Of a stretch of 64,000 nucleotides of DNA, positions 1 through 8,942 are shown one piece after another; position 1 is the first letter of the stretch; the number at the start of each line of letters is the position of its first letter. Source of the DNA: a virus; the IMG/VR virus record IMGVR_UViG_3300025151_008277, positions 32,001 through 96,000 of that record. One strand, given 5' to 3'. Under the pieces are notes generated by a model. That model was given only the letters and a program-made list of their open reading frames with translations. It did no database searches and was not told the origin of the DNA. Both the position numbers and the translations under genes were made by a program.

Positions 1-7
1 GCTTGAT

Positions 8-1705
8 TCATTGTAATATCTCCCAACCTTGTTCTACAAGATCATCTATTTCATCACGTCTCTCACCAATATTTATATCTTGAAACACTACGTTAGGTGG
101 TTCCCATGTATCTGAAATATTTTGAGTCTTGTAGTCATTTAGAAAGCTTTTAAAATTTTGATGTACAAATTCCGATAAGATAATATTTTTTGGTTTACCG
201 TTATCATCTGTCTCTACAACATCATAGTATCTTTGTACTAACGTATTATCAAGAATCATTAACGCCCAAATCATAGCCATAACTCTATCATCCTCGTAGC
301 CTGGTTTTGCACTCCATGTACCGTTAGGTTTTCTTTGAAAATTACGTAACTCTTGTACTAATTGTTCACTTCTAAAACTAATACATTTAAGTTCATGAAC
401 CCAATATCTCATATTAATAACACCTTTATATTTGGTATTAGTATGAGCATATACTCCTAATCTATCAAACTTTTGTTTACCAGTTCGAGGACTATAACTT
501 ACTATATTAGGGTATCTATATGTTTGGTATAATAGATCTACAACCTGAGCTCCACAGTTGTTACGTTCTATTAGAATAGGAGGAGCACCCCAATGATGAC
601 ATATCTCATGAACTTTGGAAGTGAATTCAAACGGATTGATTGTGTTGCTTGCATACTCTGCTACTTGTTTAATTTCTGCTAAATCTGAAATATCGAATAC
701 TTGTATAACTGAATAGTTTTTATTAACACCTTCTGCAACATCTACTCCAATTGTGTATATACAATCTACATCAGGCTCTTCCCATACTTTATACGCACCA
801 TCATCAAATACATGTTTTGGTTCTATAATTAATGATTCAAGCTTAGCATAATATTCTTCATCAATAAAAGAGTCTCCTGTTTCTATAAACTCACAATCAA
901 ATTCTTGTCTAAAAGCTTCTTCGCTTCCAATAGACTGAATTGTCTCTTGTTTCCATTTTTCGTCTCGACCTGGTATTTCATACCACATCATCTTCTCAGC
1001 ATACCAATTACTCTTTTTATTTTGACCATCAATGTATAGTTTATAAAATAAGTTATCAGTGCCATTAGGAGTAGAAGCGATAAAAATTTTAGATTTTTTA
1101 GAAGAAGAAATAATTGGATAAACTGATTTCCAAAATGCATCTACTAAGTTATTAGGAATAAAAGCTAACTCATCCAGGATAAGAACGTTACAAGAATCAC
1201 CACGACCAGCGTCTGAGCTTGTAGTACTAATACCAATACTACTTCCGTTAGCTAGTTTCATAGATGTTTTTCCGTATTCTACAACCCCTGGTTTTAGATA
1301 GTTAGGTAACATCTCGTATGCTGTTCTGATACGAGAGAAAATATTGATAGCTGTTTGTTCTTTGTTAGCTACAACAAGTATGCGTTGATCTTCTTGAAAG
1401 CATGCAATCCATAGCGCATAGATTGTCATCATAGTAGTCTTACCAGTCTGTCTAGATGCTAAGCACGCTACAAAACGATTATCTCTCAAAGATCTAAGAA
1501 CGCGCTTTTGACTAGAGTATAAAGGTATTTTCATTTTACCTTTATCTAGATTGACTATATAAAAGAAGTTTTCTGCGAAGTATAAAATATTTTGCTTAGC
1601 TTTTTTAAGCTCTCGAACCATCTTAGGAGTCCATTCAAACTCCATGTTCGCAGAAGGTAGATTACTATTACCTAAGTAAAATTTGTCATCAGTCTTTTTT
1701 GGCAT
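8..1705 (-). CDS. gp17: Terminase large subunit (T4 gp17-like)
   Basis: SRQTGKT Walker A, LILDELAF Walker B, STPNG coupling motif, FRQEF, GVDVAEG nuclease and DDRVMA motifs. Confidence 0.97.
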   Translation of the reverse strand: MPKKTDDKFYLGNSNLPSANMEFEWTPKMVRELKKAKQNILYFAENFFYIVNLDKGKMKIPLYSSQKRVLRSLRDNRFVACLASRQTGKTTMMTIYALWIACFQEDQRILVVANKEQTAINIFSRIRTAYEMLPNYLKPGVVEYGKTSMKLANGSSIGISTTSSDAGRGDSCNVLILDELAFIPNNLVDAFWKSVYPIISSSKKSKIFIASTPNGTDNLFYKLYIDGQNKKSNWYAEKMMWYEIPGRDEKWKQETIQSIGSEEAFRQEFDCEFIETGDSFIDEEYYAKLESLIIEPKHVFDDGAYKVWEEPDVDCIYTIGVDVAEGVNKNYSVIQVFDISDLAEIKQVAEYASNTINPFEFTSKVHEICHHWGAPPILIERNNCGAQVVDLLYQTYRYPNIVSYSPRTGKQKFDRLGVYAHTNTKYKGVINMRYWVHELKCISFRSEQLVQELRNFQRKPNGTWSAKPGYEDDRVMAMIWALMILDNTLVQRYYDVVETDDNGKPKNIILSEFVHQNFKSFLNDYKTQNISDTWEPPNVVFQDINIGERRDEIDDLVEQGWEILQ

Positions 1706-1726
1706 AATGTAGCCGGTACAGGCCTT

Positions 1727-1942
1727 TTATTTTTCTTTGGGTGGGTTATACCTACGCTCAATCATGTCTCTGACTTGCTTGAATTGATTCATTAAATCTT
1801 CAGCAATATCTTTATGATTAAGATCCCAATTATATCCTATAATATTTTTATCAATATGATCGTATACTCCCGCGAGTACCCAATCTTCCATTTTGAAATT
1901 AGGTCTCCGACTTTCTTCGGAGTATTGTTTGAAGCTCTTCAT
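1727..1942 (-). CDS. Small late protein, possible internal head protein
   Basis: N-terminus MKSFKQYSEE resembles the T4 capsid-targeting sequence; ATAAATA 6 nt upstream of the ATG. Confidence 0.55.
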   Translation of the reverse strand: MKSFKQYSEESRRPNFKMEDWVLAGVYDHIDKNIIGYNWDLNHKDIAEDLMNQFKQVRDMIERRYNPPKEK

Positions 1943-1957
1943 TATAGTTATTTATTA

Positions 1958-2161
1958 TTACTTAAAGCTTTTCATAGTTTTCTTTATATTTTCTATTTGT
2001 AGTTTTGCTTCTTTATACTCTTGCAAGAGTTCATTGTTTACTGGGAATTTCATTACTGAACTACAATTAGGGCAAGCTGCAATAGGGTTTTCAATTATAA
2101 AGTCCATATTTACATTGAGTTTAACCCCACAGCAAGGGCAAGGGATACCAGAACCGATCAT
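1958..2161 (-). CDS. Small zinc-ribbon protein
   Basis: CPCC...CPNC motifs; ATGA overlap with the upstream gene. Confidence 0.65.
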   Translation of the reverse strand: MIGSGIPCPCCGVKLNVNMDFIIENPIAACPNCSSVMKFPVNNELLQEYKEAKLQIENIKKTMKSFK

Positions 2162-2628
2162 TTCGGATTAATGTTTTGAATAAGCTGATCTTCTATACGA
2201 CAAACTTCTTCTGGTTTATCTGTAACTTTGAATTTCAGTTTTACTTCTGCGAACCCTGCTGCATCTTCTTTTGTTTTTCTCATATCAACTTGTATGTCTT
2301 TATGTATAAAAGGATTGAGAGGATTCTTTTTTATTTGATGTACCAAACCATATTTTTCTTCTGTATTTTTATCTTCATCAGAATCATAAATTTTAGCCTT
2401 AAATGACATTTCAAGTTCATCCAAGGCTAATGTTTGGTGATTAACGAGAGTATATAACGGTACTTGAGTTTCTTTACCGTTAAAGTTTAGAGTCCTACAA
2501 ATAGGAGTTCCGTCATCGTTGAAGTACTCAGATATTTTTTGGATATGACTCTTTTCAAGTATATCTGTCGATTTAACAATAGAGAGCTTAATCGACTTTA
2601 TCAGGTTTTCCAACGAGACGGACTTCAT
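2158..2628 (-). CDS. DUF2589-like protein (short type)
   Basis: N-terminal helix, VPLYTLV, L-x-LDELEMSF strand, C-terminal PEEVCRI helix; same layout as the neighbouring gene. Confidence 0.7.
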   Translation of the reverse strand: MKSVSLENLIKSIKLSIVKSTDILEKSHIQKISEYFNDDGTPICRTLNFNGKETQVPLYTLVNHQTLALDELEMSFKAKIYDSDEDKNTEEKYGLVHQIKKNPLNPFIHKDIQVDMRKTKEDAAGFAEVKLKFKVTDKPEEVCRIEDQLIQNINPK

Positions 2629-2642
2629 GTATCAATAATAAC

Positions 2643-3227
2643 TTACTTCCCAGGATTTGCAACTACAGGCTCAATCATGGTGATGAGACTGTCACTGAGC
2701 TTTTTCATTCCTTCAGTTTCAGGAAGTTGCTCTGCGTGTACTTTAACATCGTACTTCGCTGTATTATCTGTCTTTCTCGTGTTTTCCGAGTGAGTAGATA
2801 CTTTACCGTGTAGTTTAGATTCTACACTTAATCCCCACCAAGACTTATACTTAACATCTACATCAACAGTAGTTTCAGTATCTTTGCTATCAGTATGAGA
2901 ATCATGCTGCTGTACTTCCATAGTGAATTCAATATCAGCTTGAGTAACTGCTAATGAAGGTAATGGAATTAAAGGCAACAATGGTACCTTACTTTGCAAA
3001 GTTTGAAGATCTGGTTTATCTGATCCTTCTACTTTTACATATCTATTGATCTCTACGTCAAGAGCTCTTGGTTTGAATTTTCCGTCTTTTTGTTCAAAAC
3101 CAACTTCTTGGATATACTTCCAAGTAACGTCGTTGAGTTTTGCTTGTCCTTTTGAAATACCTACCAAGGGAGAAACAATTAGTTCTTCAATTGGTAGCCC
3201 TCTGAATTGATCTGCAATGCTTGCCAT
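2643..3227 (-). CDS. DUF2589-like protein (long type)
   Basis: FRGLPIEELIVSPL, VPLLPLIPLPSL, IEFTMEV, AKYDVKVHA, PETEGMKKL motifs. Confidence 0.8.
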   Translation of the reverse strand: MASIADQFRGLPIEELIVSPLVGISKGQAKLNDVTWKYIQEVGFEQKDGKFKPRALDVEINRYVKVEGSDKPDLQTLQSKVPLLPLIPLPSLAVTQADIEFTMEVQQHDSHTDSKDTETTVDVDVKYKSWWGLSVESKLHGKVSTHSENTRKTDNTAKYDVKVHAEQLPETEGMKKLSDSLITMIEPVVANPGK

Positions 3228-3281
3228 AATAAAACTTTCGAGAATATTTAGCTTGAAAGTATAAAAATACTACCTATAGTA

Positions 3282-3288
3282 ATAAATA
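3282..3288 (+). promoter_or_regulatory. T4-type late promoter (ATAAATA)
   Basis: ATAAATA 5 nt before ATG 3294; divergent CTAAATA on the minus strand at 3245-3251. Confidence 0.7.
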
Positions 3289-3293
3289 ATTAC

Positions 3294-4178
3294 ATGAATC
3301 AGTCAGACATTAAAGACTTAAACAATCTTTATTCTACAAAAATTATCAATGAGAGTACCGAACAACAAGATATGCGTAAGGATATCGAGGACCTCAAAAA
3401 ACTATATGATAATCCAGATGAAGCTTTCGCTGTAAAAAATTACGGCAGTGTTGAAGCCTACAAGAAGATGCTAAGAAATAAAATCGAAGATATTGTATCT
3501 AAATTAGACGCCCCATATCCAGTATATCTTGAAGCAGAACAAAGACCAAAGGATGAAGTTAGCGCAGAAGAGATAGACGGAGATGGTGCCGATGTTGAAG
3601 GAGTAGAAGACGCCACTGAAGAGTCTGAAAAAAATACAGAGAAAAAGGTAAAAGAAAACATAAATAATTTAACGAAAGATAAAGTCATGACTGAAGATAA
3701 ATCTATTTTCGATAAATTATTCGAACAAGTAATGGGCGAAGCCGACGATGAGGAGTTGGAACTCGGTATTGATCTAGACGGTGCCGAAGACGAAACACCC
3801 GCTGGCGACGATGAAGGTAGTGTAACAATTACCTTAGACAAAGAACTAGCAGCTAAACTTCATGAAATTTTGATGGACGTTTTAGGTGATGAAGAAGGAG
3901 AAGAAGAGCCTTCTGATGAAACCGAAGAAGGTGAACATGGTTATGGAGAAGATGTTGAGCCATTTGAGGAAGAAAACCAGCACACTAATGACGGAGCTCA
4001 ACCTGGTGTTGATCCTTCTGATGGTGGCGGTAAAGCAACAGAGCCTGATGCAGATAGCTTAGGCGGAAAGTCTGCTGGTACAGGAGATGCTTCTGCGACA
4101 GACGAAGTCGGTAGTAAAGACACAGGTGAAGGTAAGAAGCCTGGTCATTCTTCTGCAAAGAATTCACCCACAGTTTAA
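3294..4178 (+). CDS. Highly acidic late protein (possible prohead core/internal protein)
   Basis: 294 aa, D/E-rich and low complexity; late promoter upstream, terminator downstream. Confidence 0.7.
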   Translation: MNQSDIKDLNNLYSTKIINESTEQQDMRKDIEDLKKLYDNPDEAFAVKNYGSVEAYKKMLRNKIEDIVSKLDAPYPVYLEAEQRPKDEVSAEEIDGDGADVEGVEDATEESEKNTEKKVKENINNLTKDKVMTEDKSIFDKLFEQVMGEADDEELELGIDLDGAEDETPAGDDEGSVTITLDKELAAKLHEILMDVLGDEEGEEEPSDETEEGEHGYGEDVEPFEEENQHTNDGAQPGVDPSDGGGKATEPDADSLGGKSAGTGDASATDEVGSKDTGEGKKPGHSSAKNSPTV

Positions 4179-4200
4179 TTAACAGTAAACAAATATTTGT

Positions 4201-4230
4201 AAGAGCCTCTGTAATAGAGGCTCTTTTTTT
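4201..4230 (+). terminator. Rho-independent terminator
   Basis: AAGAGCCTCT-GTAAT-AGAGGCTCTT perfect 10-bp stem followed by a T-run. Confidence 0.9.
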
Positions 4231-4237
4231 ATAAATA
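4230..4237 (+). promoter_or_regulatory. T4-type late promoter TATAAATA
   Basis: Exact T4 consensus, 5 nt before ATG 4243. Confidence 0.8.
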
Positions 4238-4242
4238 ATTAT

Positions 4243-4545
4243 ATGTTATTTGAGAAGCTATTCTACGAAGCTTTAAAGCCTATGAAACTTCAAGGGTCAA
4301 CTGGTTCTTATAGAAAGAGACAAAACCTTGTAGCTGATTATGATAAAACTAATCCATCTTATCCTCAAGTTTTAGAAAGGCTTAAAAAACTAAATGCAGG
4401 TACATTTAAAATACCAGTAGAAACAGCTAAGAAAATAATTAGTATTTTTAAAATTACCGATCTTACTGAATCTAATCCTAGGAAGCTAGGTAATACTGGT
4501 ATATCTTTATCAGTTAACAACGGAAAATATGTTATAAGTAAATGA
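4243..4545 (+). CDS. Hypothetical late protein
   Basis: 100 aa ORF after a late promoter; overlaps the start of the next gene. Confidence 0.65.
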   Translation: MLFEKLFYEALKPMKLQGSTGSYRKRQNLVADYDKTNPSYPQVLERLKKLNAGTFKIPVETAKKIISIFKITDLTESNPRKLGNTGISLSVNNGKYVISK

Positions 4546-5264
4546 GCTGTTACTCAACATCTAACATTACAGGAATTAATTACTATACTAGTACCGGTAG
4601 GTTTACTGATAAAAGTAATAATTCTAATGAAAGAGATAATCTTTTCAAAGTATGGTGGAAAGATCAAATAGCTCAGTATGGTACAAGTACTACGTACTTT
4701 GTGAGAGATTTTACTTTATCTGCTGCTGATAAATTCTACGGGGAGAATACAGTATCAGGGTTTAAATCTGGTACTACATTAGTAATGGTTATGAACCTTA
4801 GCGATAATTCCATTACGTTTTCTAAATTTGGATTAACATCAGACGATGAGGTTGAAGCATATATTGATATAAGCACGTACCAATCTACATTATCCTCTTC
4901 TTATGTATCAGGAGAAGTTATAGAACCTAAAGCAGGAGATGTATTTCAATTAACTGAGTTTGGTAATGACAGACCAGGAGGACGCGATGGTAAATACTTT
5001 GAAATTACTGAAAGAGTTGATGAAAGTATTAATACAATAAATCCTTTACAAGGTCATTATTTATATAAAATTAAAGCAAGACGCTTCGACTTCTCATACA
5101 CTGATAATGATGTTGAAGAAGGGGCTTCAGAACAAATCACTGATGATGCGTTGAGTGGTAAGACTACAGATACCATACAAGATTATATTAATGATTTAGA
5201 TACTGAACAAGCGACTTACTTTAATTACGGTGATAATGATGATGTCTATGGTGATTACTCTTGA
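4542..5264 (+). CDS. gp14: Neck/head-closure protein (T4 gp14-like)
   Basis: DKFYGE, FSKFGL, EPKAGD, YFEIT, RRFDFS motifs typical of gp14. Confidence 0.8.
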   Translation: MSCYSTSNITGINYYTSTGRFTDKSNNSNERDNLFKVWWKDQIAQYGTSTTYFVRDFTLSAADKFYGENTVSGFKSGTTLVMVMNLSDNSITFSKFGLTSDDEVEAYIDISTYQSTLSSSYVSGEVIEPKAGDVFQLTEFGNDRPGGRDGKYFEITERVDESINTINPLQGHYLYKIKARRFDFSYTDNDVEEGASEQITDDALSGKTTDTIQDYINDLDTEQATYFNYGDNDDVYGDYS

Positions 5265-5452
5265 TGAGCTTTTTCGTATTCCAAGTCTTTGAATACCGCA
5301 GGATATCTCTCCTTTACATACTTCTCAATAGGTAGAGGCTTAAGAAACGTATCACTCTTAACTCCAATATCTTCTGCTTTTGCTGCAATGATGTTCACTG
5401 CTTCAAATAAGCATAACCATCTTGCTTCTTGTTCATTATTTAGTATACTCAT
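5255..5452 (-). CDS. Hypothetical protein
   Basis: 65 aa ORF in an overlapping minus-strand operon. Confidence 0.6.
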   Translation of the reverse strand: MSILNNEQEARWLCLFEAVNIIAAKAEDIGVKSDTFLKPLPIEKYVKERYPAVFKDLEYEKAHQE

Positions 5453-5823
5453 AAAATGTTAGTTTTTGTAATAGTTTTAAACTCGATGTTAAGTATATTA
5501 TCAGTCCCACAGTGAGTGCAAGTAAATTCATTACTACCTGATAAATCTACCCGTACACTATTTGTTTTTTTACAAGAACTACATTCTAATATAACATTAT
5601 TAGTATTGATGAGCTGAATTGTTTCGAGGTTTTCTCTCTCTAGTTTTAACCTTGTAAAATATGAGATAAGACTATTATAGAAATAAAAGAAAACAAGCTG
5701 TAAAACCGTAGCGAATAAAAATATCTCAATGAATGACTTTGAGGTATACTCCCAACCAATATAAGCTGCTAATCCGCTAACCGAGCATAGTAAAATTATA
5801 CTTTTAAGAATCTGAAGAATCAT
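5449..5823 (-). CDS. Membrane protein with C-terminal zinc ribbon
   Basis: Two hydrophobic segments, then CSSC...CTHC. Confidence 0.65.
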   Translation of the reverse strand: MILQILKSIILLCSVSGLAAYIGWEYTSKSFIEIFLFATVLQLVFFYFYNSLISYFTRLKLERENLETIQLINTNNVILECSSCKKTNSVRVDLSGSNEFTCTHCGTDNILNIEFKTITKTNIL

Positions 5824-6169
5824 TTTTATCTAAATCTTTCGATATAGATTGTATAGTCTCCATAACTTTTTGCAACTTCTTTTTTACTAAAGTTTTAGTT
5901 TCATCGCTATAATTTAATGTAGGATTATCAAACAATTGACCGATAAGATAAGATGCATCACTAGTTTTAGTATATACAGCTCCTAACGCTTCTACAACAG
6001 CATCACCAGGGTAAGGTACCATATTAGATGTTTGTTTATTATACTGATCTGGACTATTTTTAACAATATCAGCTAATGTTTTAGTTACTGGTCTTGCTGA
6101 CCGAGCAGCTACGTCCTTATAATATTTGTTGGTATATGTATATAAGTCCTCGAAAAGTATGTCATTCAT
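5804..6169 (-). CDS. Hypothetical late protein
   Basis: 121 aa ORF; ATAAATA 6 nt upstream. Confidence 0.65.
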   Translation of the reverse strand: MNDILFEDLYTYTNKYYKDVAARSARPVTKTLADIVKNSPDQYNKQTSNMVPYPGDAVVEALGAVYTKTSDASYLIGQLFDNPTLNYSDETKTLVKKKLQKVMETIQSISKDLDKNDSSDS

Positions 6170-6170
6170 A

Positions 6171-6182
6171 ATAAATATTTAT
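6171..6182. promoter_or_regulatory. Palindromic bidirectional late promoter ATAAATATTTAT
   Basis: Perfect 12-bp palindrome giving ATAAATA on both strands, between divergent ATGs at 6169 and 6183. Confidence 0.75.
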
Positions 6183-6578
6183 ATGAGTAAGTTCGAAAAA
6201 CAGTTTTTTTCTTTATTAAAAGAGCAAGAAGATGTCGATGCTTTAGCGGCTACACCAGAAGATGATGCTGATTCTTTTGACGGTTCCTTAGATGAACCAG
6301 GTACTAGCGGAGATTTTGAAGAGGTACAAGAGCCTAATGTTGACTATCAACAAGACCTCGAAACCTTAAAAGGTTGGATTAATACTATAGAATCGTTTAA
6401 AGATTATCTCAACGGAGAAGCTGGTAGTATTTTAGGCAAACTTAAAGCAGAAGCTAAAGTAGGTACATTATTTGATGACGTAAGTGATGCTACGAAGGCT
6501 AATGTACTTGATATCGCCGAGCGATTAGCATCTTTAAACGAGCAATTCAAGAATTTATATACCGAAAAGCATAAATAA
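6183..6578 (+). CDS. Acidic hypothetical late protein
   Basis: Start re-assigned to ATG 6183 (MSKFEKQFFSLLKE) behind the late promoter. Confidence 0.7.
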   Translation: MSKFEKQFFSLLKEQEDVDALAATPEDDADSFDGSLDEPGTSGDFEEVQEPNVDYQQDLETLKGWINTIESFKDYLNGEAGSILGKLKAEAKVGTLFDDVSDATKANVLDIAERLASLNEQFKNLYTEKHK

Positions 6579-6585
6579 TCTTATT

Positions 6586-6837
6586 ATGGGACTATTTGAT
6601 CAAATGACATGTGGTTGTTCAAACGAAAATACATCTTGTACAACCGATAACAAACCAGCAGAAGCTCCTAAAGCTCCAGAGCCAGCTCCAGCTCAATCTT
6701 GTAGTTGTAACGTGGGTGTTGGAAGTTCATCTTCCAATACATGTTGTAGTGTAGGTGTTGGAAGTAGCTCTCCTTCAGGAAGCTCTTGCGTAAATAAAAA
6801 AGCTGCAGCTAAACGCCGCAGAGTTTTAGGTAGATAA
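6586..6837 (+). CDS. Small Cys/Ser-rich protein with basic tail
   Basis: 83 aa, 8 Cys, repeated C-x-VGVGSSS; ATAAATA at 6571-6577. Confidence 0.6.
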   Translation: MGLFDQMTCGCSNENTSCTTDNKPAEAPKAPEPAPAQSCSCNVGVGSSSSNTCCSVGVGSSSPSGSSCVNKKAAAKRRRVLGR

Positions 6838-7845
6838 ATTTAATTTTACAATACCTTCTACTCCTTCAAACGTATTACTCAGAATAAAAGGCGAGGTGAT
6901 TTCATCTCGCCTTCCTTTTGTACATATGTCATTAAAGTCTTTAAACATTTTAAGCTCTTTAGGCCATATAAAACATTTGTGACCTTCTTTTAATAGAATT
7001 TTAGTTTTTAATTTTGCGGATTCATCTACAAACTGATTATCTAAAACCCATACTTTATCGTAAAACGGATACTTATTGATTTGAGTTTCTTGACTAGGGG
7101 TAAAAGTATTCTTAGATGTACTTTGAATTCCTCCTACAGCTACGCCATTTTGAACAAAAAAGGAATCTATAGGTCCTTCAAATATAAAAATATTATTAGT
7201 TACAGAAGATATATTATCGAAATTGAATATTGTTTTTTCTGTACTGACCTTAGAGAGATACTTAGGTTTTTTATCACTAGATAAAAGTTTCCTGCTTTGA
7301 TAGAAAACTATATTTTTATCCTCATAAAAAGGTATAATTATTCTATTCTTATGAATATAATCTTCTTTACAATACCATAAGGTCTTAGGCTTGTTTATCG
7401 CTGTATCTAAACGACGCTCTCTTATGTATTCTAATGCCTTTACTACATTTGTATCTTTAGAATAGAAAGCTGTCTGAGCTTTATCATAAAGGTTTATGCA
7501 GTCCCCGGGTAAAGAAGCTAAATTCTTTTCTTTTTCTATTTCTACATCTTGCGGGATAAATTCATGTTCGATATTTTTAGCTTCTTGTAAGATATCAAAC
7601 TGACTAACTCCTTCAACCTCGGAAACCCATCGAAGAGGTGAACCTGACCAGCCACAGTTATGGCAGAATATACTCGACTCTTTTACAATATAATAAAGTC
7701 GGCGCTTTCTACCCCAAGATTTACCTTCTCGACATAAAGGACAACCACCTTCGTAAACGTTAGTGGTTTTTTTATATCGCGGATAGCCCGCATGCTCATA
7801 GAATTTTTCTATGATGAAGCTTTCAGGTATTACTTTATCCAGCAT
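6826..7845 (-). CDS. gp61: DNA primase (T4 gp61-like)
   Basis: CPLC...CHNC zinc finger, RIIIPF, PKYL, TOPRIM EGPIDS, KDFND. Confidence 0.95.
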   Translation of the reverse strand: MLDKVIPESFIIEKFYEHAGYPRYKKTTNVYEGGCPLCREGKSWGRKRRLYYIVKESSIFCHNCGWSGSPLRWVSEVEGVSQFDILQEAKNIEHEFIPQDVEIEKEKNLASLPGDCINLYDKAQTAFYSKDTNVVKALEYIRERRLDTAINKPKTLWYCKEDYIHKNRIIIPFYEDKNIVFYQSRKLLSSDKKPKYLSKVSTEKTIFNFDNISSVTNNIFIFEGPIDSFFVQNGVAVGGIQSTSKNTFTPSQETQINKYPFYDKVWVLDNQFVDESAKLKTKILLKEGHKCFIWPKELKMFKDFNDICTKGRRDEITSPFILSNTFEGVEGIVKLNLST

Positions 7846-8011
7846 CAACTTTTCTGGTTTCTACTACAACTTTAGTAATAAATCTACCAGTGTCTGGGCA
7901 TACGTAATGAGCTTCCGTACGGATTTCATTACCAATTCTTACTTCTCTTATTTGAGGTCTTACTGTAGCCCCTGTATGAGGTGATTGAATATTTCTAGGT
8001 TGATTTAACAT
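7835..8011 (-). CDS. Small hypothetical protein (58 aa, not in ORF track)
   Basis: MLNQPRNIQSPHTGATVRPQ...YVCPDTGRFITK; exactly fills the gap between RNase H and primase with overlaps at both ends. Confidence 0.65.
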   Translation of the reverse strand: MLNQPRNIQSPHTGATVRPQIREVRIGNEIRTEAHYVCPDTGRFITKVVVETRKVDAG

Positions 8012-8942
8012 TATTTGTTATCCTTTCTTTAATTATATTTATACTTTTATGTAATCCACTATCTTGGCTAGTTTGGAATGAATTTTGCCAGTCATGCGCG
8101 TTTCTTACAATTGAATGGAAATTTAAACTTTTGCAGTGCTCTATAAATACTTCCATAAATATATTTCTCTTCCAGTTTTGCATATATTGAGCTCTATAAG
8201 TTACAGTTTCTTCAGGGTAATAGTTATAACCGATATTAAGATCCATTAACTGCTGATTACGTTCAACAATTAATTTTTGATCCTTATTGAGATTGAGCTC
8301 TTCAATATTTTTTAAGTTCCAAGCTTGAGTTAGTTTTTGATAAGTCTTAAGACCGAAGCGTTTTATACCATCTATATTATCAGATTTATCCCCAGTAAAG
8401 CACCTATACCAAAAATAGTCTTTAGGGTTTCTAAGTCCTGTTATCTCTTGAAAATTATCTTCTTCAATTATCTTTTTAGATATGGGATTAAAAATCTTTA
8501 CATTAGAGTTTACTAACTGTAACATATCTTTATCGGTAGATATGATTATTTTTTCTCCTTCAATCGTATTTGCTAACCAAGAAATAGCATCATCAGCTTC
8601 CATGCGCCAAGGATAAAAATTATGAACCCCTAGGTGTTTCAGTATATCAATTATTTGATCGAGAGAGTCGAATACGTTTTTAAATTTTTCTTTATTACGA
8701 CCTCCTTTATATTCAGTCTCGCATACTTCTGAACGGAAGTTTTTTTGAGGATAGGCTAAGCGTTTATCCCAAACACAGTAAATATTTTGCCATGGAGCAA
8801 ATTTATCTGCATATGATTTTACTGCTTTGAGAAAAATATAAATACCGCGGTTAGGGTCTTCACCGTCAGTCTTATAATTTGCAGCCCAGAAGGTACGATA
8901 AAGTAAATTATTACCGTCTATTAGAATTGTTTTATCATCCAT
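7995..8942 (-). CDS. rnh: T4 RNase H / 5'-3' exonuclease (flap endonuclease)
   Basis: LIDGNNL, YKGGR, EADD, STDKDMLQL, GDKSDNIDG motifs. Confidence 0.93.
   Translation of the reverse strand: MDDKTILIDGNNLLYRTFWAANYKTDGEDPNRGIYIFLKAVKSYADKFAPWQNIYCVWDKRLAYPQKNFRSEVCETEYKGGRNKEKFKNVFDSLDQIIDILKHLGVHNFYPWRMEADDAISWLANTIEGEKIIISTDKDMLQLVNSNVKIFNPISKKIIEEDNFQEITGLRNPKDYFWYRCFTGDKSDNIDGIKRFGLKTYQKLTQAWNLKNIEELNLNKDQKLIVERNQQLMDLNIGYNYYPEETVTYRAQYMQNWKRNIFMEVFIEHCKSLNFHSIVRNAHDWQNSFQTSQDSGLHKSINIIKERITNNVKST

Noticed and set aside
1814-2793. Plus-strand ORFs 1814-2002, 1893-2171, 2176-2406, 2539-2793
   Set aside because: Antisense shadows of the coherent minus-strand operon; no motifs.
3458-4167. 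Ser-rich minus-strand ORFs 3458-3841 and 3985-4167
   Set aside because: Reverse-frame artefacts of the Glu/Asp-rich gene.
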